Made by a program: the position numbers and the translations under genes. Below the pieces are notes generated by a model, which saw only the letters and a program-made list of their open reading frames with translations, was not told where the DNA came from and made no database searches. A stretch of DNA of 64,000 nucleotides from Paramecium tetraurelia (Eukaryota), in contig CT868596.1 in the NCBI GenBank assembly GCA_000165425.1, positions 124,001 to 188,000 on the forward strand, given 5' to 3'. Below, one piece after another: positions 12,609-24,176 of the stretch. Positions within the stretch are counted from its first letter, which is position 1. Every line of letters starts with the position of its first letter.

Positions 12609-14462
12609 TCAAATCAATTATGTTTCATAATAACAAATCAATTTCATCTTATCATCTAATTCTGCTTTTAGAAAGTTTATAAAATCCATGGAAGAACAAT
12701 CTAAAGTAAACCGTTTCAGCAGATTCATTTGTTTCAATACTTAGATTCCATATATGATATCATTTTAATCTATTTATATCCCCTTTAAATCTAAGTTCAA
12801 GTTTATCACAGATTTAATCGATGCTAAACTACTGAGAACACTACTTACATTAATATTCTTTGCCCTAATTTACTTGTACAATAAAAGTACTTATTCAATA
12901 TTATCTCGATATCTCGAACTATTGCGAAATCTCCCAACAATGACATCAACTTATCTAATTCCTTATCGTCAACTTATTAATTAAACAAATTGATCTTAAT
13001 TGAGAGCACAGTTGATTAAGAAAGTTAAGCTGTAAGTCTTTATTACTCTTCTTCATTTATGGAGTCGAACCTTAAAAAGGTCACAGGCTGGTCTTGTGTT
13101 TGATTCAAATAAAGACTTTAAAATGGGATCACAGAACTCTGAGTAGCCAAAGAATGTAGGTTTTTAATTACAGCTCGTTGTTAGATTTAATTTTTCAAGC
13201 TCAACATTAAGATATTGGCTATTTCATCACTTATCTAAGTTAAAAATAAGTTTGATTACCCATATTAATTCTTTATTTTTGCGATTAACTCGTTAACAAC
13301 TTTCGGTTAGTGGATGCCGTCTAACTCTTTATTTGTACAAAGTAGAGCAGCCTTGACTATGCATACTCCAAATTGCCAACTATCTGCCAATTTTCCATGT
13401 AATTAGATTGAATTCAGTTTTTCAGGTGGAAAATATATTGAGTCATACTCTTGGTCTGTTCTAATGGCATGTCCATCAATTACATATCTTTCTTTATATT
13501 TTTCATTTGGTTCTTGGATTCCCGTTAATTTAAGATTATCATGATAGATAATGATTGAAGTAGGTGTTATTCTATTCGGATAACACTCATTGTTGTGAAG
13601 GAAGAGTATTGCATCCAATAACTTTTAGATTAAATTCCAAAGTTCGCTATTGGAGAAGGGAATCTACTTATTTCTTTTTTCTATTATAATTTCCTCTAGA
13701 TTTTATCCTTCCTAGACTTCAATAGAGAATAATTTAACAACATCATACTTATTCATTGAGGAGAGAAAATGTTCAAAGTGCTATTTTTTGCAAGATCTTG
13801 GTAGTTTAATTGACCCAAACATGCTATCCATAAAATTCTGTTTTGAATGCAAAAAGAATATATGAATTACTTTACAAATGTAGGTGAAATCAGTGAAATA
13901 TAAATGCGTATTAAAATAATGGCTAAATAATTCTTCACTTTCATTTCTTAAAACATAGAATTTATGCAAAATAACTTTTCTTCCCTGCATTGTACAGAGT
14001 GTGGTTTTGCCAAATATTGATTTTTTGAGTTCCTTTTGTGGTTTAATCAATTTGAAGAGTTCCGATTTAGTGTGTAATTCCTTTGACAATTCCTTCTATC
14101 TAATGGCATCTGCTCCTTCTCTTAAAAACTCCAATAAGGGTTTACATAAAGGAGGTGGCGATTTCATTAGTTATGAAAAGTATTCAGCTATCAATTGTTC
14201 CTTCTGCTTCACAAATTTGTTTTCTCCCATAAAGGATTGAATTAAGTCTTTCTTCGGAAATTGGGGTAACTTAATTTAAAAATCTAAGGCTTACTTGGCG
14301 ATCTGGATTTAAATCTTATAAATGGGAATGTAAATCAGATAAGAAACTATATTTGACCCTAATTTCCCTTTGCTCAAAAGTTTGTGAATTGAAGATACGC
14401 ATTTTGTACAAAACATTATCGGATTGAGTATCCACTCCGATTATTTTAGCATCATATATCAT
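12609..14462 (-). CDS. PX-domain protein with degenerate (pseudo)kinase-like domain
   Basis: N-terminal PX-like REIRVKYSFLSDLH...LPQFPKK; downstream LLDAILFLHNN, YFPPEKL, DSWQFGVCI resemble kinase subdomains VIa, VIII and IX, without HRD/DFG. Confidence 0.6.
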
Positions 14463-14569
14463 TCTATTTATTATATTATAAATTATATAGAAAATTAACA
14501 TAATATAATATTAATGTTGAATTATAATTTAAATACCATAATGAATTGAAAACTAATATAAAATCGATA

Positions 14570-15975
14570 TCAAAACTAACCATAAACAGCTCCAATCCAA
14601 CCAAAGACAACCCCCATGATTTCCAAAATTACTATGGAATAATTCAGTTTATCTCTATACTCCTTCAAGTAGATCAGAACAGGAATCAAACAAACCATAG
14701 TAGTACCTAAAAGACCTCCAAGTAATGTGATGTAGCGACTTTACAATAGAAATAAGCATTTACTTGATGTTGGGTAAAATTAGAGCTAGTATGGCACTTC
14801 CAAATTGGAGTACTAAAGTTGAATAGATGTGAATTTTGGATCTAAAAGTATCAACACTATCAACCTCAAAAGTAATCTTCCCATCCTGAGCTTAAATCCT
14901 GAGATTTCTATGTTTGAGTTGGTATTCCATCTCGTCAGATAATAACATATCATGAATGATTTGTCTACATGCTAATATATTCAAGGGAACAGCAAAGAAT
15001 AGAGCCATTGACATGCCCAATTTTCCCACAAAAAAGAGATCCCCATGATAATTGTAAATAACCCAAGGTTATGTGTCATCTCCAAATCTTAGGTATCCAC
15101 TAATACAGATTAGTGAATACACTATAAAACAGATCAAGCATTGTCTTTTCCATATTTTAGACTAACGTGAGATTGTTGGATTATGCAATTCCTTTCTAAT
15201 TGGGAATATAAACAAATGACATAGATAACAGAAGAAGGTCATTGCAAAAGTAGTGAAAATATTGAAATCTACATCCACCAATTTGATTTTAATGTCATCG
15301 TTGTATGAGCCTCTGGCAAAATAATCAAGTGAAGTTAGGGAGGTTATGTATATCACTGAAATTACTCCAACCAATGAAAAATATCTTAATTTGTAAAGAG
15401 TTTTCTGAAAAGATATCAATAGGTTTGGTATTATGAAGATTAATTAGGTTATTATTGCCAGTTCTCTTTGATCGACAGTTATCTCGAAATATCTGAATAA
15501 TTCATATATAAATAATTGAAAAGAGATCTAGATTTATGTAATTCCCAATAAACATTAACAGATAGTTAATATTTCGAAACCTCTCTTCATCTTATTTCCT
15601 AGACTCATCTGAATCAATTCACTATAGGATGAGCATTGCAAATCGCCTGCACTCCAACTTAAAATGTGCATTGATATACATGAGATTATTCCACAAAGTG
15701 CAATCAACAGTAATTCAATTATGAGTCCTTAATCTTTTGCTCTATCTTAAATAAAACTCAAATTATATACATGGCAAACCCAACATCCCAACACCCAAAC
15801 AAGGAGCAAGCAAACTGATAATACTCATTCTTATTCCACCTTTTTTCAGAGGACCAAAAGTACGTTGGCACCAATTCAGTTACTGTTCTTTCTCCTGCAC
15901 TGGCTCCTCCATCTCCATGTAGTTGCTAATGAAGGTTGATTGCATGTCACTGAAATGTACTTGTGAATTAGACAT
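14570..15975 (-). CDS. Amino-acid transporter (Aa_trans/SLC38-like)
   Basis: RTFGPLKKGGIRMSIISLLAPCLGVGMLGLP, LRYFSLVGV, FFCYLCHLFIFPIRKEL; many TM segments. 3' end uncertain. Confidence 0.85.
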
Positions 15976-16382
15976 TATTAATATAATGAATGACATTATT
16001 TTAACCAGAAGAGAACTATTTAGAATTGGAATTCCCTAATACTTCTTAGAAAACTCGAGTCAACTAAACGATGATTCCTTATCCATTAAAGTCATTATGG
16101 AATACTAATTCACTTCTTAATCTCGTATGAAATACGATTAAAACATTCTATAAAATTAAATAATTCTATAATAAGTTTATGTCTCCTATTGTTTCACATT
16201 CTACTAATCACTATTATAGCATTTGTCTATTTTATTATATTTAAGAAAGTCATAAAAACTCATTAAATTTCAATATAAATAAATTGATTCTTAGCATCAT
16301 AATTATTAAGTATTAATATTTATTATATACAATTTAAATAAATAAATAAATAATGTTTTTCTCACCTTAATTTTAAGAATTT

Positions 16383-16971
16383 ATGGAAAACGAAAAATCT
16401 ATCTATTCCACTTTGTAAAAACATCTCGATATAATATTAGTACACTAATTTACTTAAATAGGCTAACTAATTAGATTTCACTTATCATTCTGTGTTTCAA
16501 CTATTTTGCCATATATCCATTTTACACAATACTCAAGCGAGTGTCTTTTAGGCCCTCATGAAAATGATTGGTAGTTTGGTTGAATAAAATAAATAGACAA
16601 CAATAAGTGAAGTACTTCTTCTTGATAATCAACCAAAATCAACCAAGTTTTTACAACCAAATTTTCTTGAAATATTTGAAGACAAATAAACTCAAGCATC
16701 CAAAATATAAAAACCATTGAATGCAAGCGAAGAAAACAAAAAAATTTCAATATAAACAGAAATTGATCTTCCAAAAGAAAAAGTGTTCAGAGAAACTGTT
16801 AAAAACAGAAAGGAAAGACAATAAATCAATGCTCATGAGTGCGAAGAATGTGAACAATTTTATAAAGCTTTGCCGAATTCGAATTAAGCAGAAAAATTAA
16901 AACAGGATTTTTCAAGGCATAGGATTAATCATAAGTTAAATCAAGAAAAATTACTATTAACTCCAGAATGA
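16383..16971 (+). CDS. CtIP: Miniature CtIP/Sae2/Com1 DNA end-resection factor (~188 aa)
   Basis: One 22-nt intron. C-terminal FRETVKNRKERQQINAHECEECEQFY...FSRHR...LTPE has the CxxC and RHR motifs and a TP site typical of the Sae2/CtIP domain. Confidence 0.88.
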
Positions 16972-17049
16972 TGAGAATTTCTTAATATATATTTATGTGT
17001 ATTCTTTTTTTAAAAAGTCTTCATTCCTGAATAAAACAATTAAGCATTC

Positions 17050-17950
17050 GAAAGAATTTTTTATTAATTAACAATAATAAATTTTACTTCAATATTTATA
17101 AATATTTAGTATATATTTTAATAAATTATTTTTTCTAGAGATTTAAATTGAAAAATATTTATTTATAATTATGGATTTGCTAAAAGAAGGTTGTTGATAG
17201 GTATTAAAACTTCCATCTACTTAAGACCACTTATTTAGTGAAAGAAGAGTAGTTGAATTTATAAAATGGATTATATTCTTTATTAAAAATAATTATTTTC
17301 TGGTATTTCCAATTTAGCCTGGATTCATGTTAATTCACTCACTTTCTTTATTATTCTTCAATTGATCCTTAATTTACATAGCTTTCATGACGGAAATATT
17401 ATAAATTAATTGATAACAGAAGGATTTTAAAAATCAACATTCCGTATTATAAGCAATTATTTGAAGTATTAAAATTATATGATTTTCAAATAAATAAAGT
17501 AATTGAATAATAATAAAGATTTATTATGTATTCTAAGTATTGTTCTATTTTTAGGTTTTTTGAAAATGATTGTAAAGATGTTGTTTTAAGCTGAATGGGG
17601 AATTACCATTATCATCGCCGTAATCATGACGATACAATAATTTAAGCTTTAAGAATCGTTGCATAGAAGTTTCTATCGAAGAAATTATTTATTTCACTCT
17701 ATTTAATAAATTTTTGTTGACTTGAACAGCACATTGATCTAATGCATAATTGGGGAGGAAGATTGGATTTGAAGAAAGTTCAGAAATTGGAAGACGAGGA
17801 GAATGACGTTAGGAGGAATTGATTTTAATTGATTACCGTATTAAAAGAGGAAGGATCTAATTTTCTGAAAAAATGATTTCTACTGACATTTCTGAGATAT
17901 TAAATTAATCTAGGAGTATGATTTCTCTTATTTTTCATTAATTATAATAT
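17050..17950 (-). CDS. Possible hypothetical protein (boundaries unresolved)
   Basis: A code-6 open stretch (...SIPPNVIPRLPISELSSNPIFLPNYALDQCAVQVNKNLLNRVK...) on the minus strand. Start, stop and introns could not be fixed. Confidence 0.3.
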
Positions 17951-18038
17951 CTCAATAATTAAATACACATGAATTAATAGATATCATAGGAATATTTCAT
18001 TTAGAAATTTTCATCTTTACATTTGAGTGAGAGTAAGA

Positions 18039-18952
18039 ATGAATTTAAGCGTAGCTGATGATGATACCTCAAGAAGTGAAAGTCCTGTTTTGGATTCCAG
18101 ATTAATGGAGTTTGTGGGTGGATTGCCAGCTCATATAAAAATAAAATTAGAAAATTTCAAACCAAGCTAAAACTTCTAACTTTCTAAACAAAACGACGGG
18201 AGCATCTACTTTGGTATGATGGAGGACAGCCTAAAACATGGAATAGGTATTTAACTATGGCCCAAAATTGGAAACTTATTAAAAGGGTATAAATGAATAT
18301 TTAAGTTTTCTTAGCACTTGGTAAAATGATTTACTGGAAGGTGTGTGTACGATGTATTATTCTAATGGAGATATGTAATTATAATAAAGTTATAGTAGTT
18401 TTGAAGCTCAATTCTCTCAAGGCAAGACTGTAGGATTTGGTATGTTTAAATCGGAAAAAAAAGTTGTAAAAGGTATAAATAGTTGTAAATTATTTTAGGG
18501 ATCTGGATAAACAATTAACTCCAGGGCGAAGGACAAGAGATGAAGAGTGATGGCACTACTTATCAAGGATAGTTTTGGGACGGGAGGAAGCAAGGGAGAG
18601 GAATACAAATGTTTAGCGACGGATGCAAGTAGAATTCTTTAATAAATCTATATGATATATAGGATTCTTTCAAAATAATAAATTTGAAGGAGATGGACTA
18701 TTTACATGGAGTGACGGCAGTTATTACTAAGGCCAATTTCATCGAGGATTAATTAGAGGACTTGGGAATTACAATAATAATAATGGGCTTTAATTAATGG
18801 GGCAGGTATTATATTTTAATTGAGTTTATTAGTTTTAAGAAATTAAAAAATCAGAGCTGCCAGAGTAGAATCTCAATTAAAATCTACAAACCATATCATT
18901 TTTGAACTAATATAACTAAACATTGCTAATCGAAAAGATACGCATTCTCTGA
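18039..18952 (+). CDS. MORN-repeat protein
   Basis: Repeats such as DGSIYFGMMEDSLKHGIG, DGTYYQGQFWDGRKQGRG, DGSYYQGQFHRG; multiple tiny introns. Confidence 0.88.
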
Positions 18953-19048
18953 CTTGATGATTTATATATATATCAATTTCATTTAAACATTTTTCGAAGC
19001 ACTTAGAATGACTACATAATAATTAATTAATTATATAAAAAATAAAAT

Positions 19049-19056
19049 TCGTTTTT
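19049..19056 (+). promoter_or_regulatory. Candidate TMP upstream motif (TCGTTTTT)
   Basis: Lies about 53 nt before the T1 ATG at 19110. Confidence 0.35.
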
Positions 19057-19109
19057 GGAATTTTTAACATTTAATTATCAGGTGTTGGCTTCATTATTAA
19101 TTACAATAA

Positions 19110-20334
19110 ATGTATAAATTAGCACTCTGCACATTGCTTATCCTTAGCGTAACAGCAATCGATGTCACCAACTCAGTTTGGACAAGTCACGACCAAAAAG
19201 CTTTTGCCTAAATCAAATAATCAGGTTGGGGAAATTTCATTTTGAACTTTGGTGAACTCCATTTATAAACAGGAGGTATCCTCTCAGAATTAAACACCGA
19301 AATTGCCAAACTTGTAATGCCTTTTTTCATTAATTTATTATAGATTGACGAATTGGATGAGGAATTGGCAGAAATCCATCACTAATATGCAAGAAGAACC
19401 GATATTCACAACAGAGAAGTCTAAAGACTTGAATAAGAAATCTAAGACAAAGAAAGAGGTAACCCTATTAACCCTATCCCATCTAGAGGTCTTCAATGCT
19501 CACGATTTCTATGATAATGTGTTGATCCCATAAAGAGATAGATTTGCTGCTCAACTTGAATAATTACAAGAAAACATCGCTTAAAACAGAAGAACACTCA
19601 ACGAGGCAACAGTCTAAAGAGCTAAAGATCATGCTGAATTTGAAGCTTAAGTTGCTGAACACAATGAAGCTATCGGTGCCATCGATGAATCCTTATAATT
19701 GCTCAGTCAATTGGAATCCCCATCCCTTGTTCAAATCCAAAAGGTCTAAAAGAATTTGACCAAAATCGAATAATCCCTCAAGAGACACAGCACATTCTAA
19801 ACATTCATTAAGACTCTTTTGGAAATTGCAGTTGAAGCTAACTTTGCTGATCAAGGTGCTCTTAAAGAAGTATCAAATTCTTATCATGATCCCCCTAGAT
19901 TCTTACCGCATTCAACAATTTGAGAGTCCAATTGGTTGACTCCCTCAATCAACTCACCGCTGACGAAGCTGAAGCTTAAAAGGACTTCGAAGCAAGAGTC
20001 ATCTAATTAAACTCAGAACATGCTGAATTCTAAAGAGCTGTTATTGTAAAGACTGCTGAAATCGAGGCTAATGCAAGTATCCAATTCATACTATCATCTC
20101 CTAGACAAGATTGAATAAACCCTTGATTTGATCGACGTCTTACACGCTGATTTGGATACTTTGAACGGATAATTGTAAGCTGAAAACGACGACTATGCCT
20201 TTGCAACTGATGTCTACAATGCCACCGTCGCTGAATACAACAAGGAATTGAATGCTGCCCATTAAGCTTTGGACTTATTAAACCAACCAAGATTCACCGA
20301 TTATGTTAAATCATAACTCAAGGGTGCATTTTGA
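19110..20334 (+). CDS. T1: Trichocyst matrix protein T1 precursor
   Basis: [56 protein letters not shown]...FTDYVKSQLKGAF; recognised as the Paramecium T1 TMP family. Four tiny introns. Confidence 0.92.
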
Positions 20335-20659
20335 TATTATTCATTCAATAATAGTAAATGAATTCATTGTATAAACCATTCTTCATTAATTCATACAACT
20401 CAAATAAGACTCCCTTACTCATTCTTAATTTCATTTGTATCTACATTTTCAGATCATACTTGTAATCTAAGAATTAAGAATAAATGTTTCAGAATAATAT
20501 GTAACAAAATAATTATTAAATAATGTTGATTAATCCGAACATTATGTGTTGGAATAATAATACATACCACAAAAATAATAACATTAAATTTTGCATTTCA
20601 ATATGCATATGCAGAATATGATTATAATAGAATGGAACAAAACTATAAATGATATATTA

Positions 20660-22074
20660 TCATAATAAGATGTAGCTCTTTTTCTTAGTTAATAAATTGA
20701 CCCTTTCATATTGAAGATATTCTTCGATTTATTTTCTTTCTCCAGTTTCAGGATCAATTCTGATTCTTATCTCTTCGCAATAATATGCCGCTGGAGTTAA
20801 TTTTATAATTGCATGTATTGGAATCTCCAATTGAGGTACTTCTGAGATCTCATTTCGATGGAAATAAGCATAGAGACATCTTAAAATAGCTTGATGTCCT
20901 ATAACTAATACAGGTTCTCGAGATCTCTCAATTTCATAGATAATTGGTTCTATCCTACTAATCAAATCCAAGTAGGATTCTCCTCTGGGATATCTGTATG
21001 TTAATTTGTTCACTTTTCTTTACTAATGGGGTTAATATTACAAAAGATACAGCAAAGTCTTCAGGAAATTGAATTGCAATTTAAGTATAAGTTAAGCCAT
21101 CACAAATGCCGACATTTATTTCATCCAAAGTCTTTAATTACAAATAGTTGATCTTGAGAATGTTGCAAACAATGTCAGCTGTTTGAGTTGCTCTCTTCAT
21201 TGTGGATGTTAAGCAATGAATTTGATTCCTCTTTTCCTAAGTGGGGAACTCATCAAGCAAGAACTTCCCCAGCTATTCTGAATATTGGATTCCTTATTGA
21301 GATAAATCACAATCTCCACCCACTCGGTTTTCTTAATTAAATGTGCTCCCACCATGTCTTGTCAAATAAATTGGTCTGGGATATATGTGGAGATTCATCA
21401 AATATGATATGATTTTCGATAACAAATAGCCTTTAACCTTGTGGATTTAAATCTTTTAATGAATCAATATGATACATCTTCGCCGATATTAATTAATTTG
21501 ATAAATGACAAATTCTCGTCTAACTCTATCTTTTAATACACCTCCTCATACATTCTAATTCTTCCTAAGAAATCCTTTGTTGCATCCTCAGGATTCATAG
21601 AAACATAATCAGGATTATTAAGCTTAGTTAATCTGATATTATTTTGAATCACATCGGCGTCATCACAAATTGATTCAATCCAAAGAGTCTATACATTTTG
21701 GCATTATTGTGACAAAGAGCATTAAACCATGTTTCTCCTCTACTTTGTTGTGTTGGTCCCATCAAAAATAGCAATCTCCCCATCGCTATTTAAAAAGCTG
21801 ATCAAATCATTCAATGCCATCTAAGCACATTCATTTCTTGCTTTAGTTGCCTAATTAATGCTCAATATACTTATTCATTTTTTGAATCAAAGAAGGTCTT
21901 GTCACACTCGGTTCCACAGATTTCCCTTCTATAATTTCCAATGTTGAACACCTTACAATTGTAACCTAACCAATTTAAATATCTATGAAGTTTCCGAGAA
22001 ATATATGTTTTCCCTCTCGCTGGCAATCCAACCATACATATTGCTATCTTTTAAGACTTATGACAATCTTACAT
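20660..22074 (-). CDS. PFKFB: Bifunctional 6-phosphofructo-2-kinase/fructose-2,6-bisphosphatase
   Basis: [77 protein letters not shown]. Confidence 0.93.
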
Positions 22075-22413
22075 AAATAATTTAAAAATTTCAATTTTAT
22101 AATATTCTTTAAGAAATGCTTCAATACTTCGTCATTATTCATAATATATTATCACTTTTGATATAATTAAATATTTATTAAAAATAATCCATTTATTATT
22201 ATTAAATATGCATCCACTCTCATCATATTTTATAGTATTATGACCGATTGATGATTTTAAATGTAAAAATCAAGTCTACAATTTAGAACCCAATTCAATA
22301 TTTCTAATATTACTACTATGATATTTAATAAGCATCCAAAAGAGTCAACACTTAAATAACAGATACTAGTATTAAATCTAGAAATTAATTTTATTTATAA
22401 TAGTTTAATTTTA

Positions 22414-22971
22414 TCAATTAAGTTTAAGATTTCTTATTTCTTGAAGCGGCTACTCTATTCCTCGTATTCTCGCTGTTAAATTTAAGTCTTTTGCCATCAA
22501 GGTCACCCTTTTAGCATGAAAGGTACACTACACTGAATCCTCGAATAAATCCACCATATATTGTTCAGTTAATGTTTATAGGCATTCTAAGGATTTACTA
22601 GAATATCTAAATTCTTTAAACCCAAGTTCATCTGATACCTTGATCCCTGCCTACCTTACAAACCTTTAAAATCCTGCTCGGCGGCAAACTAATACTCCTG
22701 AAGTTTAAAGTTATCTAATCTCCTATAATACTTTGGACATTGGTTTATTTCTCTTTTATAGTTTGTCCCTTGCTTTTTATACTTGAATTCCAGAAATTCT
22801 TTCATCTCTCTTTCTTTCTGATTTTTTGCTTTCCTCCTTTGATTTTTCTGCGATTATGCTTTTCTCATCTGAATTAAACAAAGAATGCATAAAACTCGGC
22901 ATTTATTCAACGTTGTCCACTTAAAAAGATTAGTTCTCATTTTCTTTTGCCTTCTTTTTTCTATTTGCCAT
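22414..22971 (-). CDS. CenH3: Centromeric histone H3 variant (CenH3-like), 185 aa
   Basis: Histone fold VLQEIRQLQ...FQRFVRQAGIKVSDELGFKEFRYSSKSLECLQ...[30 protein letters not shown]. It has an extended loop 1, F84->Y and T107->S substitutions, and a long N-tail unrelated to canonical H3. Intronless, 558 nt. Confidence 0.85.
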
Positions 22972-23133
22972 TTCCCTTTTAAAACTATTTAAAAATAATA
23001 TTAAGAATCTGCAACAAAATAAAGTTAACTCAAAATCATAATTGAAAAACCTCTGATTTCATAAACTTACTAAACTTTAGGAAGTAATGCTCAAGTTAAA
23101 AATTAATTTTATATCATTAATATAATTAAGATA

Positions 23134-23667
23134 ATGCAAGAATTATAGACCTCATTGCAAAATTTTCTTGATAAATTGAATGAGAATAATTAGAAATTCT
23201 TAGAATTAATATTTCCTCAATAAAACAAACCTGAGCCTTAAAAAAAGCAAATAACTACAATTGATTAAGAAACACAAACAATTGATGGCAATTTAGAGAA
23301 TTAAAAGACTTCTGCTCTTCTGATATTTCATTAAACTGAATCAAATGTGGTTGATGATATGATCAAAGAATTTGAATAAAAATTAGCATAAAAAATAGAA
23401 TAGCAAAAATAATTTGATTATTACAAATAGCGAATTGCTTAATAGTAATCCCAAATAGACTATTTAAAAAAGGAATTATAATCTAGATTACTATCAAAAT
23501 ATGGTCCTAATCGTTTATAAGTTGAAAAAAATAAAAAAGAAATCGATAAATATTAAAAAATGATAAAAAAATAATAATAAGAAAATAACCGCATAAATCA
23601 GATAAATTAAAAGTATGAAGTGTTTGAAAATGCTCTTCAGTCAATTTAATAATCGAAAACACTTTGA
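23134..23667 (+). CDS. Small coiled-coil hypothetical protein (177 aa)
   Basis: Intronless code-6 ORF MQELQTSLQNFLDKLNENNQ...QSKTL, Q/K/E-rich heptads; divergent from CenH3. Confidence 0.65.
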
Positions 23668-24176
23668 GTTGTCTAAATAAATTGATTCTTAAAATATACA
23701 TTTTGATCCTTAACATTATACTTAATTGAAGGCTATTATTAATTTAGCTATTCCATTGAATAATTCTTTTGAACTTTATATATATTCACATTTGTTGATA
23801 ATATTTGTTGTATTAAATAAAAAACACCAATAATTCAATTATGTTATTTTGTGTTTTAATTACAGAATATAAGTTTATTTAATTTAAACACTTTTCTATA
23901 GTTTAACTCATATTAAATCTTAATAAAAGCAATTTGATTAAAAAATGTAAAATTTAAGAAATTTAATCTTACATTTCTCAGAAAACCATCTATTGATTAA
24001 GCATTCAAATATTTATTATTATTTTTCAACCAACATTTGTCTTATTAGAATATTTTTGAATACAAATTAAAGAGATTATTATTCTAAAAAGTAAATTAAT
24101 AAAACTTATATCATTTCTACAATTCTGAAGTATTAATTTTTATTTGCCTATTTTTTTCATTTTTGTGGTATTAATA

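Noticed and set aside
21335..21370. PFKFB phosphatase motif RHGGS instead of RHGES
   Set aside because: The catalytic RHG, the LDE Glu and the second His (GHQA) are all present, so there is no good evidence of inactivation.
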